Positions 18,202-25,229 of a DNA stretch of 64,000 nucleotides are shown piece by piece. The notes under the pieces were generated by a model. It ran no database searches, was not told where the DNA came from, and saw only the letters and a program-made list of their open reading frames with translations. The stretch spans positions 10,507 to 74,506 of the forward strand of contig JAUNOP010000002.1 of NCBI GenBank assembly GCA_030537135.1, in the 5' to 3' direction. A program made the position numbers and the translations under genes. Position 1 is the stretch's first letter. Every line of letters begins with the position of its first letter. This DNA comes from Eubacteriales bacterium (GTDB lineage: Bacteria; Bacillota; Clostridia; Lachnospirales; Lachnospiraceae).

Positions 18202-19323
18202 ATGAAGGAAAAAAAATTAGGCTTGGCGCTTCTTTCTTTGGCAGTGATGGCGGTATTGGCAATCGGCTGTGTGTGCCTGCAGAACTTTATGCATGAGCTG
18301 ACAAATGCAAAAGAAGCAGAGGTGTTCTGGCCGGAAATGCGGGATCAGTATAATCAGTATGGTTTGCCGGATCATACGGAACTTTCCAAGGAAATCATTG
18401 TGCAAAACGATACAGAGGTAATTTATACAGATCGTATTTTTACACTTGGACAGCTAACCAAGAGCGATGCGCAGTATGCGATAAAGGCTGCTGACGCACT
18501 TCTGAAAATCGAGCCGCAGATCGAAAAGCTGTATATTATGCCCATCCCGGAAAGGGCGGTATTTGAAGAAGGCTATGAAACAGAACGGGAAGCATATCAG
18601 ACGCTTATCGAAAATCTTCAAAATTCGGTACACGAAGGGGAAGTAATTCTGGATCCACTGGAGGAGCTTCTTGCTCACCAGGAAGAATACATTTACTTTC
18701 GGACACATAACTCCTGGACTATGCGGGGGGCCTTTTACGGAATGCAGGTTATGCGAAAAGCTCTTGGCCTTGAAGAAGAAGATCTGAATGGGTACAGAAC
18801 CTATATGTTTGGAGATTTTACTGGTAGTTTGTTGACGCATGCGACTGCAGAATATAAGGATACAGAGTATGAGGAAGCCATAGATGAAATGGAAGGGGAT
18901 CCATTTTATATCTATATTAAAGGACATAATCCGAACAGAGAGGAACTGACATTCCGAAATGCACAGGGCGAGCTGAAAACGATGAAGAGAGGGACTATTC
19001 TGATGAACAGTAATGGGCCGTCTTCTGTAGTTGGAGGGAGCTATTATCACAGTGTTGTATCAGGAAACGGAAAAGGAAGTATTATTTTAATTGCAGATAG
19101 CCTGGGAAAGCTGCTGGTTTCTTACCTTTCCCAATTGTATGAGACGGTATATGTGGTAAAGGCGGATGAAGATGCTTTGTTTGCAGAAGAGGTAAATAAG
19201 GTGGTATCGGAATACGGGGTGCATGAGGTCTTATGGGCACAAAGAGCTTCTGAGATAGGAGATGCTTCTTATATGAAGGCGTGGAATACTCTTCTTAGAA
19301 AGGAAGGTATGGCAAATGACTGA
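18202..19323 (+). CDS. DHHW/AlgJ-like family protein with the signature motif degenerated (RTHNSWT)
   Basis: N-terminal TM anchor (LGLALLSLAVMAVLAIGCV). Size (about 373 aa) and the block YIYFRTHNSWTMRGAFYG align with the YYRTDHHWT(x)GAY block of DHHW proteins as I recall it. ATG at 18202 follows GAAGGAGGG. Confidence 0.5.
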   Translation: MKEKKLGLALLSLAVMAVLAIGCVCLQNFMHELTNAKEAEVFWPEMRDQYNQYGLPDHTELSKEIIVQNDTEVIYTDRIFTLGQLTKSDAQYAIKAADALLKIEPQIEKLYIMPIPERAVFEEGYETEREAYQTLIENLQNSVHEGEVILDPLEELLAHQEEYIYFRTHNSWTMRGAFYGMQVMRKALGLEEEDLNGYRTYMFGDFTGSLLTHATAEYKDTEYEEAIDEMEGDPFYIYIKGHNPNREELTFRNAQGELKTMKRGTILMNSNGPSSVVGGSYYHSVVSGNGKGSIILIADSLGKLLVSYLSQLYETVYVVKADEDALFAEEVNKVVSEYGVHEVLWAQRASEIGDASYMKAWNTLLRKEGMAND

Positions 19324-19933
19324 ATGGATTCTTCGATGGATATCCCTTTTTGAGACAAAAACCAGGATTGCCGGGAAGTTTACCCTGGAGGAAACAACAT
19401 GGGAGCTGGTATTTTTGGTATTTGGAATCCTCCTTGTTTTTGCCGGTATTAAGCTTTTTCGCCTCTTAAGTTCTTTTTTGATGTTTTCGGCAACTGCCAT
19501 TGTACTGTGTACCTTTATGAATGGAAGAGCGAATTGGGGGGCGATTGTGACTGCCTTTACCATTATTGGCTGTCTGTTTGCCTATATGGTCTTTAACTGG
19601 AAGGTGGCGGATGCCATTGTGATAAGCTCCCTCACAGCGGCCGCCATAGCCTGGAAGGTGTATCCAGTATGGTGGGCGGCGCTGCTTGTTGGGGCTGCAG
19701 TGGGTATTTTTGTTGGGAACTTTCCGCTTATTGGGATCACCGCCTCCACAGCAGTAGCAGGTGTGACGATTCTTATGGAAGGAGCGTTAAGGGATGGCAG
19801 TCCGTTTATTCCTGTTTTGGCAGTATTCGCCGGATTTGGAGTTCAGTTTTTCTTGATTGGAAGGAAACAGAAGCTTTTTGCAAGGACTATGCCGGCAAAG
19901 CTGAAGCATAGGCTGGAACGCAGAAGGAGGTGA
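19316..19933 (+). CDS. polytopic membrane protein of unknown function
   Basis: 205 aa with 5-6 hydrophobic helices and a basic tail (KLKHRLERRRR). 8-nt overlap with the preceding gene. Confidence 0.6.
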   Translation: MTEWILRWISLFETKTRIAGKFTLEETTWELVFLVFGILLVFAGIKLFRLLSSFLMFSATAIVLCTFMNGRANWGAIVTAFTIIGCLFAYMVFNWKVADAIVISSLTAAAIAWKVYPVWWAALLVGAAVGIFVGNFPLIGITASTAVAGVTILMEGALRDGSPFIPVLAVFAGFGVQFFLIGRKQKLFARTMPAKLKHRLERRRR

Positions 19934-19937
19934 GGCT

Positions 19938-20618
19938 ATGCGGACGGTTTTTCGAAAAGAAATCAAATATTTGATTCCAAGAGGTACGGCTCTTTCTCTG
20001 GAAAGAAGGCTGAGAGAAGTCATGGAGAGGGATACGCATGGAGACGATGGAAATTATTTCATCCGCTCTCAGTACTACGATTCTGTGTATGACCGGGATC
20101 TGGCGGATAACCTGGACGGCTTGTATGAAAAGAGAAAAATTCGCCTGCGGATTTACGATTTGGATACGTCCATGGTGAAACTGGAATATAAGTGCAAAAA
20201 CGGTCTGGACGGAGTGAAATATTCCATGGATATCAGCAGGGAGGAGGCTTTGCAGATGGAGCAGGGGGATATCTCTTTCCTCCTGGATTATGACAATGAG
20301 CTGGCCATGCATCTCTGGGCCAGAATGACGGAAGGTTATTATCGGCCGAAGATCATTGTGGATTATCACAGACTGGCCTTTGCGTATCCGGCGGGAGACG
20401 TACGGATTACCTTTGACCGGGATATCCGGGGGTCTGTTTGCCCCTACGGGCTTTTTGAGGAAATCAGCACCGATGGGATAGGCGGACCGGAGGAGGTTTT
20501 GATGGAGGTCAAATACACAGATTTTTTGCCGGATACCCTGCAGTGGATTTTAAAGGATGCAGATTCACTGGCTGCAAGCAATAGTAAATATTCCAGAACA
20601 AGAATGCTCTGCCGGTAA
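19938..20618 (+). CDS. VTC-domain (polyphosphate polymerase / triphosphate-tunnel) protein, soluble
   Basis: 226 aa. FRKEIKYLI..., YFIRSQYYDS, KRKIRLRIY, VKLEYKCK and LMEVKY form the alternating basic/acidic beta-strand pattern of CYTH/VTC tunnels. Called by recollection. Confidence 0.7.
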   Translation: MRTVFRKEIKYLIPRGTALSLERRLREVMERDTHGDDGNYFIRSQYYDSVYDRDLADNLDGLYEKRKIRLRIYDLDTSMVKLEYKCKNGLDGVKYSMDISREEALQMEQGDISFLLDYDNELAMHLWARMTEGYYRPKIIVDYHRLAFAYPAGDVRITFDRDIRGSVCPYGLFEEISTDGIGGPEEVLMEVKYTDFLPDTLQWILKDADSLAASNSKYSRTRMLCR

Positions 20619-20708
20619 CAAAGGAATCGACAGGAAGGAGAAAAGTTTGGAAGTAAACTTCCAAATTTACCATTATTGACGCAGCATGTGCGTCATGAAG
20701 GAGGAAAA

Positions 20709-21389
20709 ATGAGAGAATTTATTGTAGAAAATTTAACGAACACAGAAGCGCTTAGTGTGACAGTGATTGTCATGAACAATGTACTCGCTTTGGTTGCTGC
20801 TTTTTTTATTATGTTTACGTACAAAATATCCTTTACAGGAAGCGCTTACAGCCGGAAATTTAATGTTTCCCTTGGCTCTATTACCATTATTACGACTATG
20901 ATTATGAGTGTTATCAGCAACAATGTAGCATTGTCTCTTGGTATGGTGGGCGCTCTTTCCATCATCCGTTTCCGTACGGCTGTGAAGGATGTACGGGATG
21001 CTGTCTATATTTTCTGGGCCATTGCGGCAGGAATTGGCTGCGGTGTGTCTCAGTATGCTCTGATAGCCATTGGCTCTGCGTTTTTGCTTCTGTTTCTTAT
21101 TCTTACCAGGAGAGGCTTTACTTCTGAGAAGAAGCTGATGATTGTTCAGGGCGATGTTGCGGCGCTGCATAAGATTGAGGCGGCAGTAGAAAATTTCTTT
21201 GACAGAAAGGTTCAGGTGACCATGCGCAATGTGACAAAAACAAGCTGTGAGCTGGTGTATTCCATTGGAGAAGGGCTTCTGTCCAAGGCTGCCAAGGAAA
21301 AACAGATGGATATTTCCGAAAAGCTGATTAAAATTGATGGTGTAAAGAGAGTAAATATCGTAGACCAGAAAGATGAACTGTCACAATAA
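20709..21389 (+). CDS. DUF4956-family membrane protein (4 TM + C-terminal soluble domain)
   Basis: ATG at 20709 follows GAAGGAGG. It has TM helices and the conserved-looking GALSIIRFRTAVKDVRDAVYIFWAIAAGIGCG, then a soluble tail of about 90 aa. It sits beside VTC and CotH genes, as DUF4956 genes usually do. Confidence 0.6.
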   Translation: MREFIVENLTNTEALSVTVIVMNNVLALVAAFFIMFTYKISFTGSAYSRKFNVSLGSITIITTMIMSVISNNVALSLGMVGALSIIRFRTAVKDVRDAVYIFWAIAAGIGCGVSQYALIAIGSAFLLLFLILTRRGFTSEKKLMIVQGDVAALHKIEAAVENFFDRKVQVTMRNVTKTSCELVYSIGEGLLSKAAKEKQMDISEKLIKIDGVKRVNIVDQKDELSQ

Positions 21390-21416
21390 AACAGGAACCA
21401 TGCAAGGGGTGAGGCT

Positions 21417-22853
21417 ATGAAACGTGCAAAGAAGCTGGCGGCGTGTGTGATGCTGCTGCTGGTTCTGCTTGCGGCAGTGGTGGCGGGAAATTATGTGGTG
21501 CGCTTGGAAGAAACCGTGGAAGCAGAAAAGCGGGTCTCTATTTCCGAGAAGGAGATGGAAAAATGGAAGGCGCCTTCGGAGAAATTTTTGGAGTATTACG
21601 GGCTTGGTGTATTTCGCACCAATCTTCCGGTGGTCTATATGAACACAAATGGACAGCAGGTTTTAAAGGAAAACAAAATCTGGGGAAATATTGCCCTTCT
21701 GGATGCAAATGGCGAGGAACAGTCGATTATATCTGTTCCAAACGCGTTGTATCGGGCAACGATCAAATACCGGGGGGCATCCTCGTATAGCGGTTTTGAT
21801 AAGAAACAGTATCGGATAAAATTTTATAAGAATGATTCTGACGGGGCAAAGAACGTATCACTGGCCGGTATGGGAGCGAACAGCGAATGGGTGTTAAACG
21901 GGCCGTATCTGGACAAGACGCTGATGCGGAATAAACTGGTTTATGACCTGGCAAGGGAATTGAATGGCTGGGCGCCGGATTCCAGATTCGTGGAGCTTTT
22001 TGTGGATGGAGAGTATCAGGGCGTTTATCTTGCTGTGGAGCCGGTCACAAACGGGGAAAGCAGGCTGCGGCTTTCGGAATTTGGCCTGTTATCAGGAGAG
22101 ACGGCATATATTGTGGGACGTGACAGGCTGGAGACAGGAACCTCGGAGATTGAAACTAGCGGAAAGACTAAAGGGTATACGAACAATACTTTGTATTTGA
22201 GGTATCCTTCAGAAAGTAACGTGACGGAAAGACAGTGGGAATACATTGTCAAGGATATTTCGGATTTTGAGGAAGTCCTTTATGGGGAGGATTTTACAGA
22301 TTCCAGGATGGGATATTTGGCTTATATTGATGTGGATAACTGGGTAGACTATTTTATTATCAATGAATTTGCCATGAACTATGATGCAGGAAATTTGTCA
22401 ACCTATGTCTATAAGGAGTTGGCTGGGAAGCTGCAGCTTGCCGTGTGGGATTTCAATAATAGTTTTGATAATTATCATTGGCTCGGAGTGGATACTGCAG
22501 GTTTTTATACCGTTGAGAATTCCTGGCTGGACAGAATATGTGAAGACAGAGATTTTATTGACCGGGTTATAGAACGATACCGTGTGTTGCGGGAAGGCAT
22601 TTTGTCAGAGGAGCATATACAGGAACTGCTGGATTCCTATGAAGCGGAGCTGGGAGACGCGATAGAGCGAAACTTTAAGATTTGGGAATATTCCTTTGAG
22701 GAAAACCTCTTGGTAGGAAAAAAAGCAGACGGAGGCGAAAGAGATATCACAAGCTATGAGCAGGCAATGGAGCAGTTAACCTCCACCATCCATAAACGTT
22801 TGTTATGGCTGGATGAACATATCGAAGATCTTTACCAATATTGTGTAGAGTGA
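21417..22853 (+). CDS. CotH-family atypical protein kinase with N-terminal signal anchor
   Basis: 478 aa. Signal anchor LAACVMLLLVLLAAVVAG. CotH blocks YRIKFYK, NSEWVLNGPYLDKTLMRNKLVYDLAREL, FVELFVDGEYQGVYLAVEPV, DYFIINEFAMNYDAGNLSTY and AVWDFNNSFD. Confidence 0.8.
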   Translation: MKRAKKLAACVMLLLVLLAAVVAGNYVVRLEETVEAEKRVSISEKEMEKWKAPSEKFLEYYGLGVFRTNLPVVYMNTNGQQVLKENKIWGNIALLDANGEEQSIISVPNALYRATIKYRGASSYSGFDKKQYRIKFYKNDSDGAKNVSLAGMGANSEWVLNGPYLDKTLMRNKLVYDLARELNGWAPDSRFVELFVDGEYQGVYLAVEPVTNGESRLRLSEFGLLSGETAYIVGRDRLETGTSEIETSGKTKGYTNNTLYLRYPSESNVTERQWEYIVKDISDFEEVLYGEDFTDSRMGYLAYIDVDNWVDYFIINEFAMNYDAGNLSTYVYKELAGKLQLAVWDFNNSFDNYHWLGVDTAGFYTVENSWLDRICEDRDFIDRVIERYRVLREGILSEEHIQELLDSYEAELGDAIERNFKIWEYSFEENLLVGKKADGGERDITSYEQAMEQLTSTIHKRLLWLDEHIEDLYQYCVE

Positions 22854-22871
22854 AAGGACTGGAAGAAGAAA

Positions 22872-23972
22872 ATGAAAAAAGTAATGGCTGTGTTTGGGAC
22901 AAGGCCGGAGGCTATTAAGATGTGTCCTCTTGTTCTGGAGCTGAAAAAAAGCGATCAGTTAGAGACTCTTGTGTGCGTCAGCGGACAGCATAGGGAGATG
23001 CTTCAGCAGGTGCTGGATATTTTCGGTGTGGTGCCGGATTATGATTTGGCAATTATGAAGCAGGGGCAGGATTTGACGGATGTGACTACCGCAAGCCTTG
23101 TTGGAATGAGAGAGGTGCTGAAAAAGGAAGAGCCGGACGTGGTGTTGGTTCATGGTGATACCTCGACGGCCTTTGCGGCTTCCCTTGCGGCCTTTTATCA
23201 GCAGATTCCTGTGGGGCATGTGGAGGCGGGGCTTCGTACCTATAATCTTTGGTCCCCGTATCCGGAAGAGTTTAACCGTCAGGGTATCGGTCTGACTGCG
23301 ACGTATCATTTTGCCCCCACGGAGACGGCCAGGAAAGCGCTTTTAAAAGAGGGAAAAAATCCGGAGCGAATCTATGTGACCGGAAATACAGGAATCGATG
23401 CTCTGTTTCATACCATCCGGGAGGATTTCCATCATCCGGAGATTGACTGGGCGAAGGGAAGCCGGTTAATCGTTCTTACAGCTCACAGAAGAGAGAATTT
23501 AGGCGATCCTATGCGGGAAATGTTTCGGGCAATTCGCCGAATCATTGATGAATTCCAGGATGTGAAGGTTCTTTATCCTATTCATATGAATCCGAAGGTG
23601 CGGGCGATTGCATCGGAGGTCTTTGAGGACTGCGAGCGGATTCGGATCATTGAGCCGCTGGATGTGGTGTCGTTCCATAATCTGATGAAAGCCAGCTATC
23701 TCATCATGTCGGACAGCGGCGGAATTCAAGAGGAAGCGCCTGCATTAGGAAAGCCGGTTCTGGTGATGCGGGATACCACCGAGAGGCCGGAGGGTGTGGA
23801 AGCGGGTACGCTGAAACTGACCGGCACCGGAGAGGAAGCAATCTATCAGGAATGCAAAAGGCTCTTGACAGACCCGGAGGTTTACCGTCAGATGAGCGAG
23901 GCCACAAATCCGTATGGAGACGGAAAGGCCAGCCAGAGAATCCGAAAAATTTTGGAGGAGACAGATGCGTAA
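22872..23972 (+). CDS. wecB: UDP-N-acetylglucosamine 2-epimerase (non-hydrolysing)
   Basis: 366 aa. MAVFGTRPEAIKMCPL..., HVEAGLRT, TAHRREN and SDSGGIQEEAP are typical WecB/MnaA blocks. Confidence 0.9.
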   Translation: MKKVMAVFGTRPEAIKMCPLVLELKKSDQLETLVCVSGQHREMLQQVLDIFGVVPDYDLAIMKQGQDLTDVTTASLVGMREVLKKEEPDVVLVHGDTSTAFAASLAAFYQQIPVGHVEAGLRTYNLWSPYPEEFNRQGIGLTATYHFAPTETARKALLKEGKNPERIYVTGNTGIDALFHTIREDFHHPEIDWAKGSRLIVLTAHRRENLGDPMREMFRAIRRIIDEFQDVKVLYPIHMNPKVRAIASEVFEDCERIRIIEPLDVVSFHNLMKASYLIMSDSGGIQEEAPALGKPVLVMRDTTERPEGVEAGTLKLTGTGEEAIYQECKRLLTDPEVYRQMSEATNPYGDGKASQRIRKILEETDA

Positions 23973-25137
23973 GCGCTTTTTGGGACGCAGAAGTTTTACT
24001 TGGATAGGAGTGTTGGCGCTGCTTGCGGTATTGGGATACCTGGGCGCGGATATGGTATACCGAAAAATGAATGAGAGAATATATCAGCCAAGGCTTGCCT
24101 GGGCAGAGGCTCTGATGGAGCGGGAGAAGGAATGGATTTTTGCTAATCAGGGAGAGGATGGGGAAATTTACATGAACGGAGAAGAGGCCGGGAATGTAAA
24201 TCCCTATTTTTCCTGTCAGGCGGCGCTGGGACTTTTACAAGGAACAAAAGAACGGCCGGCTGCGGAAAGGGAGCTTTCTGCAGCCGGCCGTTATTTGAAT
24301 TGGCATACAAAGGTGCTGCTGGATTCTGATGGAGCAGTGGGGATTTATGAGAAGAAGGGGGATTCCTTTGTGCGGACAGACAAAGGGGATTCCGTGGATG
24401 CGTATCTGGGGACGTATCTGGAGCTGCTTGGAAAGTATCTGCTGACAGCTGGAAGCGTGGAGGGGCTGGACTCCTGGGAGGAGGGCATTTTGGCGGCTGT
24501 TGGTGCGCTGGAGTCGCTTTTGGAGGATGGTCTGACCAGGGTTTCGGCGGAGAATGATACGAAGTATTTGATGGATAATCTGGAGGTTTGGAGGGGGCTT
24601 GCGGCTTTGGAGGAGGGGCTGGATGCAATATCGACTACCACCGGGGAGGCTTTGGCAGTGTGCGGGCGCATAGAGAAGCTGCGGAGGATTCTGGAAGAGC
24701 GGATAACAGAGGCTTTTTGGGTGGAAAGCGTGGGAAGATGGCGCGTTATGGAGGGGGATGAGCGTTTTTCTGAGGGGTCATTTTATTTGGATGAGTTTTA
24801 TCCGGACGGAGTGGCACAGATTTATCCGCTGATTTATGGATTCCCGGTGGAGGACTGGAAGGCGCAGAAGGAGCTTTATCGTGATTTTACGGAGGCATTT
24901 CGGTGGGAAGTGATTGAAGAAAACACATCGGAGTTTGTCTGGACGATGGTGGGAATGGGAGCTGCGAAAGCAGGGGATGTAGAGAGGCTGGAAGACTTTT
25001 TGGAAAACTATGAGAAGGCATTTGCCTCTAAGAGAGACTACCCGCTATACACCGGCGAGGCCGGATGGGTTTGCAGAGAGTGCGAGTGGTATTGTAGATA
25101 TTGTTTGAAGAAGATAGAAGGGCATTTGTTATTTTGA
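23965..25137 (+). CDS. membrane-anchored all-helical protein of unknown function (possible six-hairpin glycosidase-like fold)
   Basis: The ATG at 23965 overlaps the wecB stop (ATGCGTAA). N-terminal anchor FTWIGVLALLAVLGYLG. The rest is helix-rich with aromatic/acidic repeats (DAYLGTYLELLGKY, YLMDNLEVWRGLAAL, FYPDGVAQIYPLIYG). The fold guess is weak. Confidence 0.55.
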   Translation: MRKRFLGRRSFTWIGVLALLAVLGYLGADMVYRKMNERIYQPRLAWAEALMEREKEWIFANQGEDGEIYMNGEEAGNVNPYFSCQAALGLLQGTKERPAAERELSAAGRYLNWHTKVLLDSDGAVGIYEKKGDSFVRTDKGDSVDAYLGTYLELLGKYLLTAGSVEGLDSWEEGILAAVGALESLLEDGLTRVSAENDTKYLMDNLEVWRGLAALEEGLDAISTTTGEALAVCGRIEKLRRILEERITEAFWVESVGRWRVMEGDERFSEGSFYLDEFYPDGVAQIYPLIYGFPVEDWKAQKELYRDFTEAFRWEVIEENTSEFVWTMVGMGAAKAGDVERLEDFLENYEKAFASKRDYPLYTGEAGWVCRECEWYCRYCLKKIEGHLLF

Positions 25138-25229
25138 GGCTTTATGAGAAAAAGGGGATCTTGCGCGGTCATGAAGTGAGTGGAAAGATTTTTTGAAGGC
25201 AGAATAAACGTCAGGTGAGGAATAATGTC

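Noticed and set aside
24143-24671. Pro/Ser-rich minus-strand ORFs (161 and 108 aa)
   Set aside because: They are antisense to the anchored helical protein gene. The compositional bias comes from reading a GAG/GGA-rich gene backwards.
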